64,000 nucleotides of DNA from an uncultured Pseudomonadota bacterium (GCA_903959175.1 CAJBVW010000342.1:23432-87431), one strand, 5' to 3'. Positions 12,953 through 23,409 are shown, counted from the stretch's first letter. A program made the numbers and translations. Notes: a model not told the origin generated them from the sequence alone.

Positions 12953-13749
12953 GGGCGGAAGAGCGCTCCGAGGAGACCGCGCGTGTCCCCTCGCCTACGC
13001 ACGACCAGGACGGGTCCGTGGTTCCGTCCGGCGAGACGTTCTGCGGTGCTGCCGAGGAGCACGGTGGCGAGCGGGCTCAATCCCCGGGAGCCGACCACGA
13101 GCACGTCCACCTCGGGGGCGAGGGCGAGCAGCACGTCCGCCGGGGAGCTCCCGGCCCGCCCCGAGAGCGGGGCCGCGGGGAGGCCGCGCGCCGCGAGCGC
13201 TGCGTGGAAGCGGGCTTCGAGCGACGCGATCACCTCGGCGGCGCCGGCCTCGGCGTCCTCCGGGGCGAGCACGGCGATCGCGAGCACGTCGTCGAAGAGG
13301 CCGCGCGCAAGGACGAGCGCGTCGAGCGCCGAGGGCGAGAGGTCCATCCCGAGGGCGGCGCGCCCGAACGCCGTCACGCTGCCGACGGGCACCACGAGGA
13401 CCGGGCATCCGGCGGCGCGGAGGAGCGCGCGCCCGTGTGGCCCCCAGGCGGCGGCGCCGTCCGCCGCGGCGCTCCGACCGACGACGAGGAGGTCCGCGCC
13501 GACCTCGAGGAGGACCGACTCCGCGGCGTGGTCGACGGTGCCGGCCACCACGCGGGTCGTCGCGGGGACGCCCAGCCGTGCGGCCGCCGCTGCGAGGGCG
13601 TCGGGGATCCCGGCGCCCGCGCGGGCTTGGACGTGGAGGAGCGTCACGTCCGTGGCGCGTCGAGCCGTGAGGGCGCGCACCGCGGCCAGCACGGCGTCGT
13701 CGCGATCGTCGAGGGCGAGGGTCGCGACGATGCGCAGCGGCGCGCTCAT
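12949..13749 (-). CDS. Tandem universal stress protein (UspA family)
   Basis: Two Usp halves, each ending with an ATP-binding-type motif (LLVVGRS...GPHGRALLRAAGCPVLVV and VLVVGSRGLSPLATVLLGSTAERLAGRNHGPVLVV). 4-nt overlaps at both ends. Confidence 0.85.
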   Translation of the reverse strand: MSAPLRIVATLALDDRDDAVLAAVRALTARRATDVTLLHVQARAGAGIPDALAAAAARLGVPATTRVVAGTVDHAAESVLLEVGADLLVVGRSAAADGAAAWGPHGRALLRAAGCPVLVVPVGSVTAFGRAALGMDLSPSALDALVLARGLFDDVLAIAVLAPEDAEAGAAEVIASLEARFHAALAARGLPAAPLSGRAGSSPADVLLALAPEVDVLVVGSRGLSPLATVLLGSTAERLAGRNHGPVLVVRRRGDTRGLLGALFRP

Positions 13750-14414
13750 CGCACGCTCTCGGGGCCGTCACGCCCGGCCACGCGCCGACCAGCCTTGGCG
13801 AAGCGCGCGATGATCGTGCGCAGGCGCTCGAGGTGGTCGTACGTGCGCTGCAGCCGGGTCGCGACGGGGGGCTCGAGGGCGGGGTCGAGCAGGAGCATCT
13901 CCACGTTGCCCATCGCGGCCGTCAGCGGCTGGGCCATCTCGTGCACGGCCGACGAGATCGCGGCGATCCCGGCCGCGCGCCGCTCCACGGCCTCGACCTG
14001 GGTCGCGGCGTCCTCCAGGCGCTTCCCCAACGCGACCTGCTCCCGACGGTCCTCGAACACCCCGAGCGTGCCGATCTGCGCGCCCGAAGCGTCGCGCAGC
14101 AGCGCGGCGGTGAGCCGCACGGGGATCAGCTCGCCATTGCGCGCGCGCAGCGTCACATCGAAGCGACCGTCCGCACGCGGCCCCGTCTGGCCGTCCTGCC
14201 CACGGAGCCGACGGAGGACGCGCCGGGCGTCCTCCGGGTGGTGGTAGAGGTCGGTCACGTGGAGGTGCTCGCGGGCCTCCTCCGCCGGGTAGCCGAGGGC
14301 CGCGACCGCGGCGGTGCTGAACAGGAGAACGCGCCCGCGGAGGTCAGCCACGATGACGGGGGACGGAACTACGGTGAGGAGGCGGTCGAGGAGGTCGGTG
14401 CCCGGCAACGGCAT
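13746..14414 (-). CDS. PAS domain plus HisKA-like (DHp) domain protein lacking an ATPase domain
   Basis: Trimmed to ATG 14414 (222 aa). PAS-like N-terminus (PVIVADLRGRVLLFSTAAVAALGYPAEEA...RARNGELIPVRLTAALL...GTLGVFEDR) followed by an H-box (AAISSAVHEMAQPLTAAMGNVEMLL). The protein ends about 60 aa later, with no N/G1/G2 boxes. Confidence 0.75.
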   Translation of the reverse strand: MPLPGTDLLDRLLTVVPSPVIVADLRGRVLLFSTAAVAALGYPAEEAREHLHVTDLYHHPEDARRVLRRLRGQDGQTGPRADGRFDVTLRARNGELIPVRLTAALLRDASGAQIGTLGVFEDRREQVALGKRLEDAATQVEAVERRAAGIAAISSAVHEMAQPLTAAMGNVEMLLLDPALEPPVATRLQRTYDHLERLRTIIARFAKAGRRVAGRDGPESVR

Positions 14415-14422
14415 GGCGTGCT

Positions 14423-15739
14423 CTATCCCGCCCCGCCGCCGCCCGACCGTTCGGCCGAGGCCCACGCCGCGAGCGCCGCACCGCGCACCTCTGCCACGGG
14501 CACCCCCGCTGCGCGCGCGAGGGCCGCGCAGTCCTCGTGCTCCGGCGCCGCGTGGATCACGGCCCCGTCGCGCTCGGCGACCTTGACGCGCACCGCTCCC
14601 CACGGGGTCTCCACCGCCACGAGGCGACGCGCGGCGACCTCCCGCGGGTGGACCGACCAGCGGTAGCCGAGCGTCCCCCCGTGGCGCATCAGCGCCTCGC
14701 CGACCGCCACCCGCGCCTCGACCGGCGCCAACGCCGTGATCGCGAGCGCCGGGCGCCCCTTCTTCATCGTGATCGGCGCGACGTACGCGTCCACCGCGCC
14801 GGCCGCGAAGAGGGCGTCGAGCAAACCGGGGACGGACTCGCCCGTGAGGTCGTCCACCTGGGCGCGCAGCTCGACCACCTCCGCGGCGGCGCCGGCGTCC
14901 CCGCGGCCGAGCACCGCGCGCACGACGTTGGCGTGGGTGGCGGGGTTGCGCGTGCCGCCGCCGTAGCCGACGAGCTCGACGCGCATCGCCGGCATCGGGC
15001 CGGGGCGCGCGAGGGCGGCGACGAGCGCGGCGCCGGTGGGGGTCACCAGCTCGCCGGGGTACGGGAACGGGACGACCGGAAAGCCGCGGAGGACCTCGAC
15101 CGTCGCGGGCACGGGCACCGAGAGGAGGCCGTGCGCCGTGCGCACCTGGCCGTGCCCCATCGGGAGAGGGCTCGCGACGATCTCGTCGACGTCGAGGCAC
15201 TCCATCGCGGCGCAGGCGGCCACGATGTCCACGATCGAGTCGACGGCGCCGACCTCGTGGAACGCCACGTCCTCCACCGCGGTGCCGTGCACGCGCGCCT
15301 CGGCCTCGGCCAACGCCGCGAAGGTCGCGAGCGACCGCGACCGCACACGCGGCCGGAGCTTCGCCTGCTCCAGCATCCGGCGGATCGTCCGCCAGGTCCG
15401 CGGGGGCTGGCCCTCCCAGGGATCGGCCTCGACCGCCTCGGGATCGAGGGCGTGCCCGTGGTCATGGCCGTGGCCGTGGCCATGGTGATGTCCGTGATCG
15501 TGCGCGTCCTCCGCCGCTTCTTCCCCGTCGGGCCCGGTGTCCGTCGGCTCGACCACGAAGCGGGTCGCCACGTAGGCGCCCCGGTGGACCCGCTCGATCC
15601 GCGCGTCCCAGCCCCACACCGGGAGGGCCCGCACCTCGGCGAGCACGGCGTCCAGCGGCGCGCCCGCGTGCACGAGCGCGGCGACCGTCATGTCCCCCGC
15701 GATGCCCGCGAAGCAGTCCAGGAACAGGATGCGGCCCAC
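14423..15739 (-). CDS. larC: Nickel-pincer cofactor biosynthesis protein LarC (nickel insertion, DUF111 family)
   Basis: N-terminus ILFLDCFAGIAGDM, His-rich stretch HDHGHHHGHGHGHDHGH, HEVGAVDSIVDIV and C-terminal TMKKGRPA. The GTG start at 15739 directly abuts the larB stop (15740-15742). Confidence 0.9.
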   Translation of the reverse strand: MGRILFLDCFAGIAGDMTVAALVHAGAPLDAVLAEVRALPVWGWDARIERVHRGAYVATRFVVEPTDTGPDGEEAAEDAHDHGHHHGHGHGHDHGHALDPEAVEADPWEGQPPRTWRTIRRMLEQAKLRPRVRSRSLATFAALAEAEARVHGTAVEDVAFHEVGAVDSIVDIVAACAAMECLDVDEIVASPLPMGHGQVRTAHGLLSVPVPATVEVLRGFPVVPFPYPGELVTPTGAALVAALARPGPMPAMRVELVGYGGGTRNPATHANVVRAVLGRGDAGAAAEVVELRAQVDDLTGESVPGLLDALFAAGAVDAYVAPITMKKGRPALAITALAPVEARVAVGEALMRHGGTLGYRWSVHPREVAARRLVAVETPWGAVRVKVAERDGAVIHAAPEHEDCAALARAAGVPVAEVRGAALAAWASAERSGGGGAG

Positions 15740-16501
15740 TCAGCGCACCGCGCCGAGCTGGTTGATGAGCGAGGCCTGGTAGGCGGCGCCGAAGCCGTTG
15801 TCGATGTTCACGACGGTGACCCCCGGCGAGCACGCATTGAGCATGGTGAGGAGCGCGGCGATGCCGCCGAAGCTCGCGCCGTAGCCGACGCTCGTGGGCA
15901 CGGCGATGACGGGCACGCGCACGAGGCCGGCGAGCACGCCGGGGAGCGCGCCGTCCATCCCGGCGACGGCGATGACGACGCGCATGCGGCGGAGGGTCTC
16001 GACCTGCGCGAGGATGCGGTGGATGCCGGCGACGCCGACGTCCTGGATGCGCAGCACATGGTTGCCCAGCGCCTCGGCGACCACGGCGGCCTCCTCGGCG
16101 ACGGGGATGTCGCTCGTGCCCGCGCTCACGACGGCGATGCGCCCGACGAGCGCAGGCACGGGACCGACGCGGGAGAGGAGCACCTGCGCCTCGGCCGACC
16201 AGGTGACCCCAGCGTCACCGAGGGCCACGGTCACCTCGGCGGCCTTGTCGGCGCTGATGCGGGTGACGAGGCCATCCTGCCCACGCTCGTTGAGCGTCCG
16301 GAGGATGCCGGTGATCTGCACGGCCGACTTGCCGGCGCCGTAGACGACCTCGGGCACGCCGGTGCGAAGCGCGCGGTGGACGTCCACCGTGGCGTAGGAG
16401 AGGGCGACCGACGCCACGGAGAGACGCTCCACCGCGGCCTCTACGTCGGTTCGGCCGTCCCGAACGGCGTCCAGGAGCTCCAGCACGGCCACACGGTCCA
16501 C
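15740..16501 (-). CDS. larB: Nickel-pincer cofactor biosynthesis protein LarB (PurE-like carboxylase/hydrolase)
   Basis: Trimmed to GTG 16501, preceded by GGAGGG with a 6-nt spacer (253 aa). PurE-like motifs VVSAGTSDIPVAEEA and VAGMDGALPGVLAGL..PVIAVPTSVGYG. The rest of ORF 15740-18880 is antisense to the protease gene. Confidence 0.9.
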   Translation of the reverse strand: MDRVAVLELLDAVRDGRTDVEAAVERLSVASVALSYATVDVHRALRTGVPEVVYGAGKSAVQITGILRTLNERGQDGLVTRISADKAAEVTVALGDAGVTWSAEAQVLLSRVGPVPALVGRIAVVSAGTSDIPVAEEAAVVAEALGNHVLRIQDVGVAGIHRILAQVETLRRMRVVIAVAGMDGALPGVLAGLVRVPVIAVPTSVGYGASFGGIAALLTMLNACSPGVTVVNIDNGFGAAYQASLINQLGAVR

Positions 16502-16540
16502 GGCAAACCCTCCATCGTCATATACCCTGTGTGTCGCCTG

Positions 16541-19069
16541 ATGCTGTCGCTCCTCGCCCTCTTCGTCCCCGGCGCGCTCGCCGGGGATCAAGCCCTCTAC
16601 GAGCGGGCGGTCCAGCTCGTGGAGGACCACTACCTCCACGCCGAGACCCTCTCGCGGGACGCGATGCTCGCCGGCGCGGCCGACCAGCTCGAGACCCGTA
16701 TCGAGTGGCTCCTCGTGGACAGCGCGGGCAGCGGCGTCTCCCTCAAGGACGGGAGCGGCAAGTGGCAGGCGACGGTGCGCCTCGAAGGAGATGGGCTCGC
16801 GGCTGCCTTCTCGCGCCTGGAGGACGCCGTGCGCGGCGCCGGCCTCCCCCTCGACGACGACCTCGACCTCCGGGTCGAGATCCTCCGCGGCGCGGCCCGG
16901 TCGCTCGACCGCCACTCCGTCATCCTCTTCGCGGACAGTCTGGAGCGCTTCGACGAGAGGCTCTCCGGCACGCTCTCCGGGGTAGGCGCCACCATCAGCC
17001 TGGGGGACGGCGAGCTGTTCGTGCGCGAGCTCGTCTGGGGCGGGCCCGCGGCGAGGGGCGGGCTGAATGAACAGGATCGCCTCACGACGATCGACGGCGT
17101 CTCCACCGTCGGGATGGAGCCGGCGGACGCCACCGATCGCATCCGCGGCGCCGTCGGGACCACGGTGACGCTCGGCGTGCGCCGCGGCGATCAGGCGCTC
17201 ACGTTCACCCTCCGCCGCGAGGAGCTGACAATCCGAAACGTCGAGGCCTCGCGCGGGCCCCACGGCGTCGGCGTCATCACCATCGCGCACTTCTCCGAGC
17301 AGACGCGGACCTACCTGCTGGAGGCCCTCGCCGAGCTGACGGAGGACGGCGGCCTGGAGAAGGGCCTCATCATCGACCTGCGCGGCAACACCGGCGGCTC
17401 GCTGCTCCAGTCGGCGCAGGCGGCCGACGCCTTCCTGCAGTCCGGGCTCATCGTACGTACCGTCGATCGCGACGGAGCCCCCGTCCCCGGCCTCGTCCCG
17501 CGGCTCGACGCGCACCCGGAGAGCCCCGGCCACACCATGCCGATCGCGGTCCTGATGGACCACGCCACCGCCTCCGGCTCCGAGATCCTGGCGGGCGCCC
17601 TCGGCAACCTCGACCGCGCCCTCCTCGTCGGGAGCACCTCCTTCGGCAAGGGCACGGTGCAGAAGATCTACCAGATCGACCCGGCCATCAAGCTCAAGCT
17701 GACGGTCGCCGAGTACCTCCTCGAGGGCGGCACCCGCGTCGCCGACGTCGGCCTCGCGCCGGACATCGCGCTCGAAGAGGTCCGCTTCGACGACCACGGC
17801 GCGTGGTACCCCTCCCCGGCCCGCGAGCGGCGCCGCCTCCGCCCCGGCACCCCCGTCTTCCAGCACACCGAGGGGGACGACCGCGCGCTCGAGGTCGCCA
17901 CCGCGATCGTCGCCGCGTCCGAGGGCAACACCCGGGGGGACCTCCTCGCGGCCATGCGCCGGCTGGAGCCCACGCTCCTCGCCGCGGAAGACGCCAAGCT
18001 GGCCGAGGCCTTCCGGGCCCGCGGCATCGTGTGGGACGGCGCCCCGGCCCCGGTCGCCGGCGAGCCCGTCGTGGACGTGCGGCTGCGCCTCTCCACCCCG
18101 CCGCGCTCCGGGCAGTCGGCGGAGATCCTCGCCACCGTCACCAACCGCGGCCCGACGCTCTACCGCGCCGCCCTCCGCCTCGAGTCGGTGGATCCCCTCT
18201 GGGACGACCTCGTGCTCCCCGTCGGCAAGCTCGAGCGCGGCGCCTCCCACACCGCCTCGGTGACCGTCTCCGTCGGCCCGGGCCTCCCCACACGCACCGA
18301 CCGCGTCTCCGTCTCCCTCGAAGCCGACGGCGTCCCGTCCCGCGCGCTCCTCACCCACGACATCGCCGTCACCGGGGACACCCCCCCCGCCGTCGCCGTC
18401 ACCGCCCGCGCCCTCCCCACCGGCACCCCCGAGGAGGTGCGGCTCGTGCTCGACGTGGAGAACCGCACCGACCGCTTCCTCACCGGCGCGCAGGCCCGCG
18501 TCGCCTTCCCTGACGTGGACGGCATCGAGCTCGTCGACGCCGAGAGCGACGCCGTCTCCATCGCCGCGCGCGGCACCGCCCGCCTGGAGCTGCGGCTGCG
18601 CGTGCGCCCGACCTGGACGGGCGACACCCTCCCGCTCGACCTGACCGTCTCTGGCTCGGGCCAACGCCTCCTCAACTGGGACCTCGCCGTGCCCCGCGGC
18701 GGCGCGCCGCTCCGCCTCGAAGCGCCGACCCTCCAGGTGGACCTCCCGCCGCCCCTCCTCCCGACCGGCACCACGCGGCTGCGCGTGCGCGCCTCGGACG
18801 ACCGCGCGCTCGACCACGTCGTCGTCTACGCCGGCGCCGAGACCGTCAACCGCCTGCGGACCACGCCCGCTGTCGAGCACGACCGCGAGAAGGTCGCGTG
18901 GCGCGCGGCGACCGGCCGGCGCGAAGAGCTCGAGGTCGTCGTGCCCGTGGTCACGGGGACCAACCGCTACGTGATCGTCGCGGAGGACCGCACCGGCCTG
19001 CGTACCCAGCGCGACGTGTACATCTTCGGAGACGACGGCGGCGAGGGCGTCACCGCGCTCCCGGAGTAG
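16541..19069 (+). CDS. Long S41-family C-terminal processing protease (PDZ plus peptidase plus ~400-aa extension)
   Basis: Signal peptide MLSLLALFVPGALAG (an alternative GTG at 16529 would add MCRL). PDZ (GVGATISLGDGELFVRELVWGGPAARGGLNEQDRLTTIDGVS). Catalytic region LIIDLRGNTGGSL ... ASGSEILAGAL ... GSTSFGKGTVQ. Long Ig-like C-terminal part. Confidence 0.9.
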   Translation: MLSLLALFVPGALAGDQALYERAVQLVEDHYLHAETLSRDAMLAGAADQLETRIEWLLVDSAGSGVSLKDGSGKWQATVRLEGDGLAAAFSRLEDAVRGAGLPLDDDLDLRVEILRGAARSLDRHSVILFADSLERFDERLSGTLSGVGATISLGDGELFVRELVWGGPAARGGLNEQDRLTTIDGVSTVGMEPADATDRIRGAVGTTVTLGVRRGDQALTFTLRREELTIRNVEASRGPHGVGVITIAHFSEQTRTYLLEALAELTEDGGLEKGLIIDLRGNTGGSLLQSAQAADAFLQSGLIVRTVDRDGAPVPGLVPRLDAHPESPGHTMPIAVLMDHATASGSEILAGALGNLDRALLVGSTSFGKGTVQKIYQIDPAIKLKLTVAEYLLEGGTRVADVGLAPDIALEEVRFDDHGAWYPSPARERRRLRPGTPVFQHTEGDDRALEVATAIVAASEGNTRGDLLAAMRRLEPTLLAAEDAKLAEAFRARGIVWDGAPAPVAGEPVVDVRLRLSTPPRSGQSAEILATVTNRGPTLYRAALRLESVDPLWDDLVLPVGKLERGASHTASVTVSVGPGLPTRTDRVSVSLEADGVPSRALLTHDIAVTGDTPPAVAVTARALPTGTPEEVRLVLDVENRTDRFLTGAQARVAFPDVDGIELVDAESDAVSIAARGTARLELRLRVRPTWTGDTLPLDLTVSGSGQRLLNWDLAVPRGGAPLRLEAPTLQVDLPPPLLPTGTTRLRVRASDDRALDHVVVYAGAETVNRLRTTPAVEHDREKVAWRAATGRREELEVVVPVVTGTNRYVIVAEDRTGLRTQRDVYIFGDDGGEGVTALPE

Positions 19070-19084
19070 CGCGGCGGCGTGGCC

Positions 19085-21022
19085 CTACAGCCGCGCGATG
19101 CCGACCGCCACGTCGTTTACGCCGACGACTGCGTACATCAGGTACCCGCCGCTGACCCACACCGACACGTCCTGGACGGCGAAGGGCGTGGGGAGCTCGC
19201 GCTCGGTGAAGCCGTCGGCCACGGTGCCGAACGTGAGGCGCGCGTCGCCGCCGGCCGTGATGTAGCCGATGTAGAGGGTGCCGCCGGTGTCCTGGAACAC
19301 GTCGACCTCGACCGGCACGTCCCCCGCGCCGATGGTGGCGGCGCTCACGGCGTCGAGGAGCACGACGCTGTCGGTCGTCGCGTCCGCCATGACGAGCACG
19401 CTGTCGGACCACGCGGCCGGGATGTCGAGGTCGAGCGGCGCGTAGCTCATGCTGTAGGCGCTCCCCGCGAAGGTCGGGGTGCTCGACGCCACGTCGAAGG
19501 TGTAATCCCACACCCCGCCGCGCTCGGAGGTGAAGATGTGGCCGGTCGGCGCGTGGAGGTCGATCGCGCAGTCGGCCGCGCCCACGCCCGCGATCTCCTC
19601 GTCGGCCGCGAAGCCGCCGGAGAACGAGGAGGGCACGCGCACGTACTGGAGGACCTCCGTGGCGTCCTCGCAGGCGACCGCGTGGAGGGCGCCGTCGGCG
19701 TCGAGCGCGATGGACACGTCGTCGAAGCCGGAGAGCCCGTCCGAGCCGTTCGCGTTCGCGGCGAAGCGGGTGCCGGTGGCGACCTCGTAGCGGACGAGGC
19801 GGAGGGCGCGGGTGTCGCCGTAGTCGAGGGAGACGACGCCGTAGAGGTAGTCGTCGCTCGCGATGAAGCCCTGGCCCCGGCCGATGGTGTAGTCCGAGGG
19901 GTCCGTGGTGCTGGCGCTCCAGGCGGCGACACCGTCCTGGCCGTCGCCAGGATCGGCGTTGGACCAACGCAACGCGAGCGCGCTGTCGTGGTAGACCGTG
20001 GCCCCGGTGTCGATCTGCGCCGCGGCCACGGACAGGTAGATGGTGTCGGACGACTCGTCGAACACGGGGGAGTGCACGCCGGACCAGGTGAAGCCCTCGA
20101 TGGGCGCGAGCAGGAAGGAGTCGACGCCACCGTCGCAGTCGGAGTCGTCGCGGTCGCCGAGGCTCTCGCGGGCGTCGGGGTGGATGGCGGCGTCGCCGTC
20201 ATCGCAGTCCAGGCCGCCGCCGCGGGGGTCGGCGTAGCCGTCGAGATCCTGGTCGTAGTCGTCGTCGCCGGCGCAATCGGAGTCGTCCCCGTCGTACCAC
20301 TCGTCGAAGGCAGCGGGGCTCACGAGGGCGTCGGTGTCGTCGCAGTCGCCGTTGGCGAGGTTGCCCGTGCCGGGCGCGTAGGTGGTGGGCCCGTAGTCGG
20401 CGTACATCGCGGGGTCGATGAAGCCGTCGACGTCCTGATCCCAGTCGTCTTCGCCGCCGCAGTCGGTGTCCTCCCCGTCGTACCAGAGGTCGTCGCCCTC
20501 GGGGTTCACGGCGGGCGCGAGGTCGTCGCAGTCCCGCCCGGGGAGCACGCCCGTACCGGCGGCGTAGGTGGTCGGGAGGCCGACGTGGTCGTCCTCGACG
20601 TAGCCGTCCTCGTCCTGGTCGTAGTCGTCGGCGCCGTCGCAGTCCTGATCGACGCCGTCGTACCAGGAGTCCGTCTCGTTCGGGCTCACGCGCGGGGCCA
20701 GGTCGTCGCAGTCGTTGCCGGGGAGCGCGCCCGTGCCCGCCACGCCCGCCGTCACGAGGCCGATGTAGGCGTTCTGGACGTAGCCGTCGCCGTCCTGATC
20801 GTAGTCGTCGCCGCCGTCGCAGCGCTGGTCGATGCCGTCGTACCAGATCTCGATGACCGCGGGCGAGATCGCCGGGTTCAGATCGTCACAATCCTCGGCC
20901 GCAGGGACGCCGTCGGCGTCATTGTCGACCTGAGTCAGGCGCTCTTCGAAGTCTGCATCGCTGACCCACGAGCACGCGCCGAGGCCGAGGAGCAGCAGCA
21001 TGGCAGGACGGGGACTCATCAA
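19085..21022 (-). CDS. Lipoprotein with four to five Asp/Cys-rich putative metal-binding modules and a C-terminal beta-rich (propeller-like) domain
   Basis: Lipobox MMSPRPAMLLLLGLGAC. Repeats of DCDD.....(S/N)P......WYDG.D.DC.G.DD.D.D.DG(Y/F). The C-terminal ~370 aa are beta-strand-like with no named motif. Confidence 0.8.
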   Translation of the reverse strand: MMSPRPAMLLLLGLGACSWVSDADFEERLTQVDNDADGVPAAEDCDDLNPAISPAVIEIWYDGIDQRCDGGDDYDQDGDGYVQNAYIGLVTAGVAGTGALPGNDCDDLAPRVSPNETDSWYDGVDQDCDGADDYDQDEDGYVEDDHVGLPTTYAAGTGVLPGRDCDDLAPAVNPEGDDLWYDGEDTDCGGEDDWDQDVDGFIDPAMYADYGPTTYAPGTGNLANGDCDDTDALVSPAAFDEWYDGDDSDCAGDDDYDQDLDGYADPRGGGLDCDDGDAAIHPDARESLGDRDDSDCDGGVDSFLLAPIEGFTWSGVHSPVFDESSDTIYLSVAAAQIDTGATVYHDSALALRWSNADPGDGQDGVAAWSASTTDPSDYTIGRGQGFIASDDYLYGVVSLDYGDTRALRLVRYEVATGTRFAANANGSDGLSGFDDVSIALDADGALHAVACEDATEVLQYVRVPSSFSGGFAADEEIAGVGAADCAIDLHAPTGHIFTSERGGVWDYTFDVASSTPTFAGSAYSMSYAPLDLDIPAAWSDSVLVMADATTDSVVLLDAVSAATIGAGDVPVEVDVFQDTGGTLYIGYITAGGDARLTFGTVADGFTERELPTPFAVQDVSVWVSGGYLMYAVVGVNDVAVGIARL

Positions 21023-21041
21023 CGGCGTAGCCTAAGAGACC

Positions 21042-21788
21042 TCACGATACCACGGCCGGCGCGACCAGCCAGAAGAGCCACTCGCGATTGCCCGCCCTGG
21101 CCCCAGGGACGGGGCTCTCGAGGGTGGCCTTGACCGCAAAGCCGTGCGTCACGGCGGAGGCTGCGACGGCCTCGAGCGCGCCCGCGATGGCGACGGTGTC
21201 CTTCACGAGCCCGCCCTTCCCGATCGCGGCGGGACCGACCTCGAACTGGGGCTTCACGAGCACGACGGCCTCTCCCTCCGGGGCGAGGAGCCGGCGGATG
21301 GCGGGGAGGATGAGCGTGAGGGAGATGAACGAGAGGTCTCCCACGAGGAGGGTGACCGGCTCGGGGAGCGCCTCGAGGTGCCGCGCGTTCGTGCGCTCGA
21401 GGACCACCACGCGGGCGTCCGAGCGGAGCTTCCAGGCGAGCTGGCCGTAGCCCACGTCCACCGCGTACACGCGCGCCGCGCCGCGCTGGAGGAGGCAGTC
21501 GGTGAAGCCGCCGGTCGACGCGCCGAGGTCGGCGCACACCCGATCCGCGATGGCGACCGGCCACGCGTCGAGCGCGGCCTCGAGCTTGAGCCCGCCGCGC
21601 GACACGTAGCGCAGGGGCTCCGCGCGGAGGCGGACGGCCTGCTCCGGGCGGATGCGCGTGGCGGGCTTGTCGCAGGGGGTCTCGTCGACGAGGACCTCGC
21701 CCGCCGCGATGAGGGCCTGGGCGCGCTGAAGGCTCTCCACGACGCCGCGCTGCACGAGCACGACGTCGAGCCGATCCCCTTGGGCCAC
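21042..21788 (-). CDS. tlyA: TlyA-family rRNA 2'-O-methyltransferase (S4 plus FtsJ domains)
   Basis: GTG 21788, 2 nt after the upstream stop. S4-like RLDVVLVQRGVVESLQRAQALIAAGEVLVD and SAM motif DLGASTGGFTDCLLQRGAARVYAVDVGYGQLAWKLR. 248 aa. Confidence 0.85.
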   Translation of the reverse strand: MAQGDRLDVVLVQRGVVESLQRAQALIAAGEVLVDETPCDKPATRIRPEQAVRLRAEPLRYVSRGGLKLEAALDAWPVAIADRVCADLGASTGGFTDCLLQRGAARVYAVDVGYGQLAWKLRSDARVVVLERTNARHLEALPEPVTLLVGDLSFISLTLILPAIRRLLAPEGEAVVLVKPQFEVGPAAIGKGGLVKDTVAIAGALEAVAASAVTHGFAVKATLESPVPGARAGNREWLFWLVAPAVVS

Positions 21789-21790
21789 GC

Positions 21791-22635
<845 letters not shown>

Positions 22636-22639
<4 letters not shown>

Positions 22640-23409
22640 GGGCCGGCTCCGGCGGAGGCGAGGTCGGCGTCGACCTTGACGAGGTTGTCGGCCACCTGCG
22701 CGGCGTAGGCGTTCTGCGGGAAACGCTCGTTGATCGCCGCGAGGGCCGTGCGGGCAGCGCGGAGGGAGGCCACGCGCTCGCCGCCGGGCGGGAGCTGACG
22801 GGCCTCGAGGAAGAGGTGCCCGGCGCGCTCGCGCTCGGTGCGGGCCCACGCGTCCACCGCTTCCTTGCGGAGCGCGACGGCGTCGGGGGTGGTCACGGTG
22901 TCGAGGAGCGCGACGGCGTCGAGGTAGCGGGCATCGGCGAGCGCCACGCGGGCGCCGGTCACGGTTGCCGTCGGGTCGGCGGCCCCGATGGAGGGCGGCG
23001 GGACCGGCGGCGCGGGCGTGGTGACGGGCGGGAGGGGCGCGGTGGGGGCCCCCAGGGGCTCCTCCTCAATCGGCGTGCCGATGGGCTCCATCCCGATCGG
23101 CGCGGCGCTGTTCCGCTCCTCGATCTTCAAGACGGCGTCGAGGTACTCGAACACCTTGCGCTGCGCGATGGGGTCCTTGTTGCGCATCGTCTGCATCAGG
23201 TCGCGCGCGGCGATGAGGCGGTCCCGGCGGTCGGTCTCCTGCGCCTCGGCGATGAGCACGCTCACCCGCTCCTCGAGCGGCACGAAGGAGACGGGAGGGG
23301 GGCCGGCGTCACTCGCGCGTACGGTGGCCACCTCGCCCCCGGCGACGGGCGCGGGCGACGGCAGCGTCGCGCAACCGATCAGCAGCGGGATCCAGAACAC
23401 GATCGACAT
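22636..23409 (-). CDS. Hypothetical lipoprotein (Pro-rich linker, helical ends)
   Basis: 257-aa ORF with lipobox MSIVFWIPLLIGC. No recognisable catalytic motif. Confidence 0.7.

Noticed and set aside
14537-16540. 5' two-thirds-kb-scale extension of the protease ORF (ORF track 14537-19069)
   Set aside because: The upstream part is antisense to larC and larB and is Arg/Gly/Asp/His-rich. A proper signal peptide begins at ATG 16541, or at GTG 16529.
16502-18880. Upstream extension of the larB ORF (ORF track 15740-18880)
   Set aside because: It is antisense to the S41 protease gene. LarB homology begins at GTG 16501, which has a GGAGGG SD and gives the expected protein of about 250 aa.
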